Program-made: the position numbers and the translations under genes | The notes under the pieces: model-generated | The model's input: only the letters and a program-made list of their open reading frames with translations | Databases searched by the model: none | Told to the model about the DNA's origin: nothing | IMG/VR virus record: IMGVR_UViG_3300032233_002382 | Location: 128,001 to 192,000 of that record | Length of the DNA stretch: 64,000 nucleotides | Direction: 5' to 3' (one strand) | Origin: a virus | Lineage: Duplodnaviria > Caudoviricetes | Part shown: positions 18,071 through 26,218 of the stretch, piece by piece | Position numbering within the stretch: position 1 is the stretch's first letter | Layout of the letters: the number at the start of each line of letters is the position of its first letter

Positions 18071-18601
18071 CAAATTTTTCGGAATTTCAAATATTTGTAG
18101 CACTTTGTGTAATACCGATGACATGGCTAATTGAAAATCGCTAACCCCAACCACCCTGATGCTCTCTAAGCTCTCGAGAAGTTCTAATATTCGATCGATT
18201 TCGCATTTATAAGTAAAATCGATGTATATACCCAGTGGAAGCATTGGCACGATATCGGCCGGGTCCGTTAGATGCTGAGATATGTTCTTAAAAATAAGAC
18301 ATGTCCTATTAAGCTCTGCATGTAGAGCGGAATTCACCGATGCTGATATGGAACGTACAGACCTTGCTGGTAGACTGAATCTTTCATCCGTTAGCTGTGG
18401 CATCCACGTGGCGACAGGATCGGCGATTCGAAAATTCTCAATTATTCCACGGGGGAGTAAGACTGGACTTAAAGTCTGAAACAATATACAAGGAATCCTG
18501 ATTTCTATGGAAGCGCGTCGCTTAATCGGATCACATGCATCGAGACGCACTTGTCCATGCTCGAAGAATGTCGCATCATCAAGCGGCGCCGGATCACTCA
18601 T
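18053..18601 (-). CDS. Degenerate ThyX-fold protein lacking the RHRx7SxR catalytic motif
   Basis: By-eye alignment to ThyX: HGQVRL, IEIRIPCIL, WMP, LPLGIYIDFTYK; translationally coupled to dcd. Confidence 0.5.
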   Translation of the reverse strand: MSDPAPLDDATFFEHGQVRLDACDPIKRRASIEIRIPCILFQTLSPVLLPRGIIENFRIADPVATWMPQLTDERFSLPARSVRSISASVNSALHAELNRTCLIFKNISQHLTDPADIVPMLPLGIYIDFTYKCEIDRILELLESLESIRVVGVSDFQLAMSSVLHKVLQIFEIPKNLLSDSN

Positions 18602-19139
18602 TGCGTCTTTTACCTTTCGCAGGCGTGGCCCCCATCTGCATGTTGTAGTGGGATTTCAGACGGCTGCTACCATATAAGGTTTGACTTGGGGAAGTCATCG
18701 TAAAATACGATAGTTGTGCGATCTTCATTCCTTCATACAGCACAATTTCCCAAGGACCGTGGTTAACTATTTCAAGCGTAATTTGGCCTCGGAATCCAGC
18801 GTCCACCACGCCCGCTGTAACGTGGATCGCCAAAAACAAACGACCTAGACTGCTCTTTCCTTCTACTCGTGCCGATAAATCCTGAGGACACTCGACGATT
18901 TCCTGAGTGCATCCCAGAATAGACTCGCCTGGCAAAATAATAAACTCGTTTGCGCGGATTATCGTCATACATTTCGAGGGATCATCATCTCTGAGATCGA
19001 TTCTCACCCCGAGGTGGGGCAGTGCGAACGAATCTGACAGGGATAGATCATAGCTTGAAGGTTGAACACGGCCTTCTGCAAACGGCTTAATAAGATCAGG
19101 TCCTCTTGCAAGTATTTCACGATCGCTAAGCACACTCAT
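18594..19139 (-). CDS. dcd: dCTP deaminase (EGKSSLGRL type, possibly dUMP-forming)
   Basis: LSDREI, VQPSSYDL, RVEGKSSLGRL, HVTAGVVDAGFRGQITLE, IAQL, YGS; GGAG SD before ATG 19139. Confidence 0.93.
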   Translation of the reverse strand: MSVLSDREILARGPDLIKPFAEGRVQPSSYDLSLSDSFALPHLGVRIDLRDDDPSKCMTIIRANEFIILPGESILGCTQEIVECPQDLSARVEGKSSLGRLFLAIHVTAGVVDAGFRGQITLEIVNHGPWEIVLYEGMKIAQLSYFTMTSPSQTLYGSSRLKSHYNMQMGATPAKGKRRNE

Positions 19140-19151
19140 CACTACTCCGAA

Positions 19152-19158
19152 GTATAGT
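19152..19158 (+). promoter_or_regulatory. Putative -10 element (GTATAGT), leaderless start at 19164
   Basis: TAnnnT-N5-ATG; overlapping TATACT on the minus strand. Confidence 0.6.
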
Positions 19159-19163
19159 TAAAT

Positions 19164-19427
19164 ATGAAAGACTCGTTGACGGCTGAAGAGTTCAAGACAG
19201 CTATGATGTTGGTGAACCATTTAGACAACAATACTGTATCCGAAGAGCTCGAACGTCTGAGTCAACGAGAGCTCGACCTCCTAAATGTTCCCACGATCAC
19301 ACCCGAAGACAGGGAAATAATCCTATATAACCTCGTGGTTCTAAGCGCGGCATCTGCTAGAATAAAGCATGCTATTGTGATAGAAGAACCTAGTTATTCT
19401 CTAACCGACACCGAAGAGTCGGGATAA
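19164..19427 (+). CDS. Hypothetical protein
   Basis: ORF track; promoter spacing fits. Confidence 0.55.
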   Translation: MKDSLTAEEFKTAMMLVNHLDNNTVSEELERLSQRELDLLNVPTITPEDREIILYNLVVLSAASARIKHAIVIEEPSYSLTDTEESG

Positions 19428-22247
19428 TATCTCGAATTCAGGCACGCTTATCTTCGGAGATTTCTCCTCTGATATCAAAATCTTATTCGACGTATTAAGC
19501 ACACGAAGTGGGGTTCGGCCTTCGGCAAGTATGCAGATGGCGTGAAATTTCCTGAGGTTTAGTTCATTCATAGGAGCCCTGAACACGAACCTATGTACCG
19601 AGTTATCAGCATTAATCGCTTCTGGTGGCGCTGCATTTGAAGAATCAGTCGTGTTGACTACTGTCTTAGGATCAGCATGATCAATACGCTCTTCAAGTAC
19701 GCTGTCGCTGCGTTCACGATCCACGCTAGATACTTGCGATACTTCCGTGCTTAGAGCCTGTATGGGTGGATCGAGTTCTACTTCGTTGTGATGTTCCACT
19801 GATTCAGAAGATGGAGACTCGGATTCGGGATTAGATACGACTTCAGCCTCAAACGGATTCGGCTCTTCAGATTTCGCTTCTACTTCACTCGCTCGTCGGA
19901 TCCAACTGGCCAAGAAATCTGGGACTTTCTGATATACTCGTCCGTTGTCGTAGTATTCATCTTTCTTAAGCTTGCCTTTAAAATTCCCATCAATATCGAA
20001 TTCTTTGGGTTGAGGCTTAACGCCATCAACCATCTTAAAGTAGTCATAACGAGCTTTCCAGTTTATGTCGATACCCGGTTCAGTCAGCAAAGGTACTACC
20101 CAATCGCGACCGTGAGCCTTAGGCAGCTTCCAAGGCATTGTCATCCATTCATCTAACTTACGCACTGCTTCCATGAGAAGTTCGGGCTTAATCTCGTATA
20201 CGACTTCATCATGGACCGTAAGGACATACTTTACCTTATCCTCCCAACCGTTCGCTCTAATATTCTTATCGACAAAACACATGGCGAATTTAAGGATGTC
20301 GGCAGAGGTTGCCTGAATTGTATAATTGATCGCACACCGTTCCGCTTTTGAACGGATCATCCTTATTGGGCTATCAATTGTCGGGATTGGTATACGCCGC
20401 CCATAAGCCGTGAAGATCGCTTTGTGCTTCTTGGCGAAATTCTTCTGATGGTCCACGTACCCCATGAGAACCGGCACATCGCGCTTAAGATTTTCCATGT
20501 GACGACCTGCGTCCTCCATGGAACACCCGATATTGCGCTGGATGGCGCCAGCACCACCACCGTAAATGAAGGCAAAGTTACACCGTTTGCCACGGTTACG
20601 TTCATCTTTGCTGACTACATCTTTACCGAATAATGTCTTTGCCGTAATTGCATGAACGTCACCGTCTTTATTTAAGAAGGAATCGGTCCAAATGGGATCG
20701 CCTGAAAGATTCGTAACCACCCGAAGTTCTTCGCCTGCGAAGTCTAGCTTGACTAAGAAATAACCAGGTCTAGGAGTAATGCAAGACCTTATCTGCTTGA
20801 ACAACTCCGGTTTATCATCATCTGAATCTCGGGGGATACCTTGGAAATTTATGCCGGAGTAACCGTTCTCGATATCACCAGCTCTAGACGCGAGACGAGC
20901 AGTATCGGTCCCCATCTGTCGGAAGTCAGGTCGAACGTCACCGTTTTTGTCGACTGCCAAAGAAAGGGGCTCGACGTAACTTCCTTTCATCTTTAGATAG
21001 TGTCGCCATTCGATGATCAATTCGAACAAACTGATCATCTTCTGCTTGCCGTCTTTATCCAGGTGGCCCTTATGGGGTAGCATGAACTTAGCCCCGTAGG
21101 CTTCGTGCAAACTCTTCATCGCTTCATCTTTAAGCGAGTATTGCTTTTGTGCCTCCCCTGGCGTCTCAGACACATCATCGTCATCATCTGAGTCCGAAGA
21201 GGCGTTCCCGCCTTGTTCCTGCTCCCCCAACATAACGGAAGTAGGCTTTAGCTTAAGACCTTCCGGATCTGTAATGAGAGCGGTTGATAATTGCTTCGGA
21301 CTGCCTACGTTGAGAGTCGACCAACGACCGGTCTTACCGGTCCTAGACTCAATACAGTTCCTGATCTGGTCACCGACTTCTAGTAATTCTCTGTCGCATT
21401 CGATCGCCAATTGCTTTACACGTTCTACGTCTACATGGACGCGATTGCGTTCCATCTTACGTAGCACATTGCAGAAACTCTTCTCAAGGTTATATATCTT
21501 TTTGTCGCCTTCAGATAGTTTCTCCTGTAAGGCGAAGTTCAGAAGGTATGTGAAAATCCCGTCACTACATCCGTACTCAAGACCTTCCTTCGGATGAAGA
21601 ACACCGAAGTTGTGGGTCGATCTCTTCTCTCTCTTGAGCTGAGCTCTCATTTCATCGGTAAAGAGTTCATCAAGTTCGATCATATCTACGTTAAAATAAA
21701 CTTTAGCTAGTTGCTTTAACCCGCTTGGTGATCCCTTGAGCGGATTGAGAACTTTAGTCATCAAAAACGTGTCTTCATATTCATCGATTTTCCAGGTCTC
21801 TTTACCGGTCACCGCATAAAGGAATTCCTGGTCGAATTTCGCATTATGAAATACAGCTTTCGATTTAGAATGAACAAGTCGCTCGATTTCATTCCAAGCC
21901 AAGTCCCACTCTAAATTGGGGCTACCCTCAGGTTCATGAGAGAGTGGAATGTAATAACCATTCTTTCCATCAAAGGAAATGCAAACGCCTACAATGCGAT
22001 CGATCGTTCGCATCCCATGACGAGTCAGCTTCCCATCGTCGAAGTATGAATCTTCATATACTCGATTATCAACGCCCGTCGTTTCTAAGTCTAATGAATA
22101 AACATTACGGGAAATACACATGTCAACCAGCTTGGCTAATTGAGATATGCTAGACACAAGGTGGAACTTATAGTCAGACATCCAATTACGCATCACGCTG
22201 GGTTTGTCGTCGTACTGTAATAAATTCAAGGCATCCTCCGATACCAT
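19401..22247 (-). CDS. polA: Family A DNA polymerase with 3'-5' exonuclease and C-terminal extension
   Basis: ExoI LDLETTG, ExoII FHNAKFD, ExoIII YGCSD, motif A LDFAGEELR, motif B RGKRCNFAFIYG, motif C TVHDEV; exact start uncertain. Confidence 0.95.
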   Translation of the reverse strand: MVSEDALNLLQYDDKPSVMRNWMSDYKFHLVSSISQLAKLVDMCISRNVYSLDLETTGVDNRVYEDSYFDDGKLTRHGMRTIDRIVGVCISFDGKNGYYIPLSHEPEGSPNLEWDLAWNEIERLVHSKSKAVFHNAKFDQEFLYAVTGKETWKIDEYEDTFLMTKVLNPLKGSPSGLKQLAKVYFNVDMIELDELFTDEMRAQLKREKRSTHNFGVLHPKEGLEYGCSDGIFTYLLNFALQEKLSEGDKKIYNLEKSFCNVLRKMERNRVHVDVERVKQLAIECDRELLEVGDQIRNCIESRTGKTGRWSTLNVGSPKQLSTALITDPEGLKLKPTSVMLGEQEQGGNASSDSDDDDDVSETPGEAQKQYSLKDEAMKSLHEAYGAKFMLPHKGHLDKDGKQKMISLFELIIEWRHYLKMKGSYVEPLSLAVDKNGDVRPDFRQMGTDTARLASRAGDIENGYSGINFQGIPRDSDDDKPELFKQIRSCITPRPGYFLVKLDFAGEELRVVTNLSGDPIWTDSFLNKDGDVHAITAKTLFGKDVVSKDERNRGKRCNFAFIYGGGAGAIQRNIGCSMEDAGRHMENLKRDVPVLMGYVDHQKNFAKKHKAIFTAYGRRIPIPTIDSPIRMIRSKAERCAINYTIQATSADILKFAMCFVDKNIRANGWEDKVKYVLTVHDEVVYEIKPELLMEAVRKLDEWMTMPWKLPKAHGRDWVVPLLTEPGIDINWKARYDYFKMVDGVKPQPKEFDIDGNFKGKLKKDEYYDNGRVYQKVPDFLASWIRRASEVEAKSEEPNPFEAEVVSNPESESPSSESVEHHNEVELDPPIQALSTEVSQVSSVDRERSDSVLEERIDHADPKTVVNTTDSSNAAPPEAINADNSVHRFVFRAPMNELNLRKFHAICILAEGRTPLRVLNTSNKILISEEKSPKISVPEFEILSRLFGVG

Positions 22248-22251
22248 CAAT

Positions 22252-22258
22252 GTACATT
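22252..22258 (+). promoter_or_regulatory. Putative -10 element (GTACATT) for dnaJ
   Basis: Predicted +1 is G22264, the first base of the GAGG SD. Confidence 0.5.
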
Positions 22259-22272
22259 TAATCGAGGTTAGA

Positions 22273-23292
22273 ATGGATTATTACGAGGTATTAGGGGTAA
22301 CAAGAGCGTCTGACGAAGAGACGATAAAGAAAGCATACAGGAAACTAGCCTTCGAATATCATCCGGACCGGAACAATGGCGATAGCTTAAAAGAAGCTAA
22401 GTTCAAGGAGATAAACGAGGCCTATGCTACCCTAAGCGACGCTGCTAAACGAAAGTCGTACGATGCGAAGTTCTCTGGGGCGCCCAAGATCGACGATATT
22501 TTCAATGAGATATTTCGTAATTTCCACAGAAGGCAATCTCAAGAATTTAGAGTCGAATCACTGCCGGGCGCTGACATTGAAGTAAACGTTAAAATATCTC
22601 TAATCGACTCATATGTCGGTAAGTCCATCGACGTAGACGTTCCTCACAGTAACGAATGCGGTACCTGCCGAGCGACGGGAGCAAAACCAGGAAGCCGTGT
22701 CATTACATGCCAAACTTGCTACGGTAATGGATACTTTAGGGATCCATTCAATATAGGAAATCGGAAGTGTCCGGCGTGTAAAGGACGAAAAGTATTTCCG
22801 ATCGAAAAATGTGACGCCTGTGCTGGTGAAGGATCTAAGGCCACGAAGGAATCCGTGAACGTTAAACTACCATCGGGCATTAAAGACGGGCATGTCATAA
22901 AAATTAATGGTAAAGGCGAACCCGGAGATCCAAACGGAGATCTGCTATTAAACATCATCACCATTATGACACCAGGCATTCGCCGTGTCGGTGATGACTG
23001 TTATCACGACCTAGAATTACCTATATCGTTAATGATAACAGGAGGACGACATACCTTCCCCACGCAGATGGGTTATTCACTAGACGTTTCAGTAGAACCG
23101 AACAGCAAAACCGATGATTTCGTCCAGATAAAAGGTAAAGGATTTCGCAATCTATCGACGAATGGGATCGGGGATTTGTACTTGATTCTGAAACCACAAT
23201 TACCATCGAATATTCCGGAAACTGCAAAAGAGCTTCTTAATAAATTCATCGAAGAATGCGAAAATCATAACTGCTTTAGTCGGGACAAATGA
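22273..23292 (+). CDS. dnaJ: DnaJ/Hsp40 chaperone (J domain, four CxxCxGxG-type Zn motifs, C-terminal domain)
   Basis: DYYEVLG...EYHPDRN; CGTCRATG, CQTCYGNG, CPACKGRK, CDACAGEG; GAGG SD before ATG 22273. Confidence 0.93.
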   Translation: MDYYEVLGVTRASDEETIKKAYRKLAFEYHPDRNNGDSLKEAKFKEINEAYATLSDAAKRKSYDAKFSGAPKIDDIFNEIFRNFHRRQSQEFRVESLPGADIEVNVKISLIDSYVGKSIDVDVPHSNECGTCRATGAKPGSRVITCQTCYGNGYFRDPFNIGNRKCPACKGRKVFPIEKCDACAGEGSKATKESVNVKLPSGIKDGHVIKINGKGEPGDPNGDLLLNIITIMTPGIRRVGDDCYHDLELPISLMITGGRHTFPTQMGYSLDVSVEPNSKTDDFVQIKGKGFRNLSTNGIGDLYLILKPQLPSNIPETAKELLNKFIEECENHNCFSRDK

Positions 23293-23725
23293 TAACGGTT
23301 CTCTTTTCTCGCCATTTCCGCGAGAATTCAGTCATTATAAAGCGTTCTATTGGGTCTTCGGAATGATATTCATAACATATGGGAAAAATAGGTTCAGATC
23401 TTAAAGAAGCGTTAAGTCTGCAAATGTTGGACTCATAGTTGCTGCACTTATCTCTAAGTGCGCAGTGGATCGGACCTAGTTTAGCTAGAACCACATGTGG
23501 TGGTGAAGATAACTGCTTCGTAAACTGCGAATCATATCCTCTGATCGCAGCGTCTATTGCTTCACGACTGATCGACGGAACGCGTAAGACTGGCTTCTCC
23601 ACCAGATGCTTCTTAACATCTAAATCTGATATGCGATCCAGCGACAATTCTGATATGAGAATTCGTTCACGATTTCTGAGGTTGAGCTCAAAGTCATTGA
23701 ATTCAAGCAAGTTATATGAACTCAT
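23276..23725 (-). CDS. Hypothetical protein with Cys cluster
   Basis: HCALRDKC...C...PICY. Confidence 0.6.
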   Translation of the reverse strand: MSSYNLLEFNDFELNLRNRERILISELSLDRISDLDVKKHLVEKPVLRVPSISREAIDAAIRGYDSQFTKQLSSPPHVVLAKLGPIHCALRDKCSNYESNICRLNASLRSEPIFPICYEYHSEDPIERFIMTEFSRKWREKRTVIICPD

Positions 23726-24329
23726 TTGACTCCGAGATCATCTTGTCTAGCTTTTCAGAGGCTTTTTTCAGGATAATAATCATGTCCTTCGTTGGTGTGC
23801 CTGTCTTATCGAAGTCCCACGCGACTCTATCGAGAACTCGGCATATCTTTACATAATCCACAAAAGGAGCGACACTTCGAGTTCTTGAAAGCTTTTTCTC
23901 TAAGATCGCAAGGTGTCTAGGGATGTCTAGCCATGCCTCACTTTTATAATTCTCGCCTTTATCCTTAAACACATCAAGAATCGGCTCCTCAAGCTTAGGA
24001 ACGACAATGTGGAATCTTCTTTCGAGCTTAGAAAGAGCATCTGTAAACTTTAAGTTATGGAATCTAGCGAATAAACCTATCCCATTAAGGTTTATCTTGC
24101 ATTTGAAACAGAAAAAGTGTGATTTCTCTCTACCTGAAGACGAATAATATCGAGCCGCTGGAGTGTTCTTATTATCGTGAAATGGGCAGAATATTTGAAC
24201 ACTTGTCGACTCATCCGGGATTTCGACGCCGTTTTCAATGAGCGCCATATAAGCAGAATAAACAGCCGTTACCGCCTCAACCCGACGGTTAAACCACTGT
24301 TTTTGCGCTGTTTCGTTAGATGAAATCAC
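23712..24329 (-). CDS. Stand-alone CHC2 zinc-finger (DnaG N-terminal-like) protein
   Basis: IFCPFHDNKNTPAA...FFCFKC...FTDALSKL; no TOPRIM domain. Confidence 0.8.
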   Translation of the reverse strand: MISSNETAQKQWFNRRVEAVTAVYSAYMALIENGVEIPDESTSVQIFCPFHDNKNTPAARYYSSSGREKSHFFCFKCKINLNGIGLFARFHNLKFTDALSKLERRFHIVVPKLEEPILDVFKDKGENYKSEAWLDIPRHLAILEKKLSRTRSVAPFVDYVKICRVLDRVAWDFDKTGTPTKDMIIILKKASEKLDKMISESNEFI

Positions 24330-24334
24330 TTCTT

Positions 24335-24341
24335 ATCGTAC
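24335..24341 (-). promoter_or_regulatory. Putative -10 element (GTACGAT), leaderless GTG start at 24329
   Basis: TAnnnT-N5-GTG, no SD. Confidence 0.5.
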
Positions 24342-24342
24342 A

Positions 24343-24696
24343 TTAGAACAGTCGCATCTGCTTAGATGGCTCAGGAAATTTAACTTCAATCGGTTTCTCT
24401 TCGACATAATTCCGTTCGATCACTTGAACCGAATCATCTGATCTGTTCTGCTTAAGAACCGCGTTAATAATTCGACGTTCATATTTGTCTGCAAGGTCCA
24501 TGAGATCCCACTGATTCCCAGTCTTTTTGCCAACTTCGATCTTTAACTGCTTTAGCATGGTAACAGCATCGCCCAGCTCTACGCGCCGACCATGTTCGCG
24601 CCATAGACCGTAGATATCGTTCAAACGATTTTTACTGAGTACCACAGTTGAAGTGGCCCCGCTAATGCGAACGGCAATGTCGATTAGCGGGGCCAT
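24343..24696 (-). CDS. Hypothetical protein
   Basis: AGGAG SD 5 nt before ATG. Confidence 0.7.
   Translation of the reverse strand: MAPLIDIAVRISGATSTVVLSKNRLNDIYGLWREHGRRVELGDAVTMLKQLKIEVGKKTGNQWDLMDLADKYERRIINAVLKQNRSDDSVQVIERNYVEEKPIEVKFPEPSKQMRLF
24654..24695 (-). promoter_or_regulatory. 13-bp GC-rich hairpin covering the start codon and first 14 codons
   Basis: TGGCCCCGCTAAT (24654-24666) / ATTAGCGGGGCCA (24683-24695), perfect inverted repeat. Confidence 0.6.
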
Positions 24697-24704
24697 GCTA
24701 GCTC

Positions 24705-25016
24705 CTAGGAGTTTCGCTCCTCAAAGATTTCCTCTCGAGGATCAAGCCTCAAAATAGCTTCATTGATCCTCGGGAAGGCTCGCTTACGGCACGCAGCCAC
24801 TTGTTCTTCAGCAATAGCCAACACAAACGCTCTCGTCTTCGGACCCAAGTCGAGACCCAGCTCGAGCGCCTTTTTGCGAATTACCTCATCAGGATTCTTA
24901 CCGCCGAAATCGGTTCTCACTAGCTGCTTCGCGACCTTTAGCACCTTAGACGTTGGCTCATCTGACAGGTCGGTCTTTCTCTGGCCAGGGAGTCTAACGC
25001 TCTTCACATTTTCCAT
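24705..25016 (-). CDS. Hypothetical protein
   Basis: ORF with GGGG SD. Confidence 0.6.
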   Translation of the reverse strand: MENVKSVRLPGQRKTDLSDEPTSKVLKVAKQLVRTDFGGKNPDEVIRKKALELGLDLGPKTRAFVLAIAEEQVAACRKRAFPRINEAILRLDPREEIFEERNS

Positions 25017-25068
25017 TTTATAGCCCCAGAAGAAGTGAGACCATTCTCACCCCAAGGAACTATACATT

Positions 25069-25464
25069 TCAAGTTTTATCATCAGCTGCATTCATTTGCC
25101 TGACAAGCTTGTTCGCCCAACTCCGCCCTGGAGATCCACCCCACAGAGCCCAGGCTATTTTGCCGTTGCTCGGTTGACCATTGTCCAGGACACCTGATTT
25201 ATTCTTCTCATGGCGATCGAAAAACGCTTTCATACGTCGAGCTGTTCGGGGGCTAATGCGCTTGCCGTTAGACAGGTCTCGAGCCCTTGCAATACCTACT
25301 TCCGTGCCCCCGCGACCGTATTTCGAACGCCACTTAAGACCACGCGCTGCGGCTTTCTTAACGCTCTTAGGTGGAGTAAACTTAATGTGTTTATACTTTT
25401 CAGGGGTAGACGAAGAACCATCAGCGGCGATAGATATTCTATAGGCTATTTCAGATAGGTCCAT
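25069..25464 (-). CDS. Basic protein with a conserved phage head-associated domain
   Basis: PPKSVKKAAARGL...RGGTEVGIARARDL...RMKAFFDRH...IAWALWGG, a pattern I recognise from phage head-region proteins; ATG 25464 preferred. Confidence 0.6.
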   Translation of the reverse strand: MDLSEIAYRISIAADGSSSTPEKYKHIKFTPPKSVKKAAARGLKWRSKYGRGGTEVGIARARDLSNGKRISPRTARRMKAFFDRHEKNKSGVLDNGQPSNGKIAWALWGGSPGRSWANKLVRQMNAADDKT

Positions 25465-25472
25465 AGTAATAG

Positions 25473-25479
25473 GTAGCAT
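25473..25479 (+). promoter_or_regulatory. Putative -10 element (GTAGCAT), leaderless start at 25485
   Basis: TAnnnT-N5-ATG; overlapping TATGCT on the minus strand. Confidence 0.55.
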
Positions 25480-25484
25480 AAAAA

Positions 25485-26015
25485 ATGCATATAATAATAT
25501 CAAAGCGCATTCCTACTAACAAGAAACTCTGGAACAAGATGCAAGACCTTGTGTCAGGTCGATCGTCATATATAACATGGAATGATCAGAGGATCGACGG
25601 ACCCCGTGATGGTCAAGGATTTAAGAAACATCCTTCCGCATATAGCAATGGATGGGCAGCCAAGAAGTACAAGGAACTAGGCGGAAAATGGAAAGAGAAG
25701 AAAAAACGAAGTCGCAAAGCCTCAACGGTTGAATCTATAGCTATTCGAATAGCGGGATTAGATGAGTGGTTCGACAAAGACAGCCCGAAGGGTGATTGGG
25801 TGGCGATAGACACGGAAGGCAATATCGTAGGACCGTGCGCGCAGTCTGATAAGAGAGAAAAAGAGACGAAGAAAGGCGCAGATCCATTAAAGTGTATGCC
25901 AAGGTCTAAGGCACACGACTTAGGAAAAAAGGAGAGAGCCAAATCGGCAAAAAGAAAGAAACGCAAAGAACGAGGATCTAAGAATACTAAAAAGCCAGTC
26001 CATGCTCCTACTTAG
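25485..26015 (+). CDS. Very basic two-domain viral protein (PSAY...GG and GLDEWF domains)
   Basis: FKKHPSAYSNGWAAKKYKELGGKW; GLDEWF...DWVAI...GPCA...KCMP, recalled from cyanophage/giant-virus DUF proteins (unverified). Confidence 0.6.
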   Translation: MHIIISKRIPTNKKLWNKMQDLVSGRSSYITWNDQRIDGPRDGQGFKKHPSAYSNGWAAKKYKELGGKWKEKKKRSRKASTVESIAIRIAGLDEWFDKDSPKGDWVAIDTEGNIVGPCAQSDKREKETKKGADPLKCMPRSKAHDLGKKERAKSAKRKKRKERGSKNTKKPVHAPT

Positions 26016-26202
26016 GTCCTGATGACTCATCTAAGGAATCGCACAGACGTCTCACCAAATCCCTTTCAGCAGGATCGCAGTGCATGATAGCATCGATAGC
26101 CACATGACATGGTGGTCTTAACATGAGATCTATAAGATGATGAATTTCCTTCATATCAGAAGACCACTTCTTCTTAAGCTCTAGAAGCTCATCTCTCTTC
26201 AT
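26008..26202 (-). CDS. Small hypothetical protein
   Basis: ORF fills the gap in the minus-strand run. Confidence 0.45.
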   Translation of the reverse strand: MKRDELLELKKKWSSDMKEIHHLIDLMLRPPCHVAIDAIMHCDPAERDLVRRLCDSLDESSGPK

Positions 26203-26218
26203 AACGCAACATTACCAT

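Noticed and set aside
18053-19139. Uracil-DNA phage (dcd making dUTP, thymidylate synthesis blocked)
   Set aside because: The Dcd resembles the Mycobacterium-type enzyme, which is dUMP-forming, and no UDG inhibitor is recognisable; not supportable from this window
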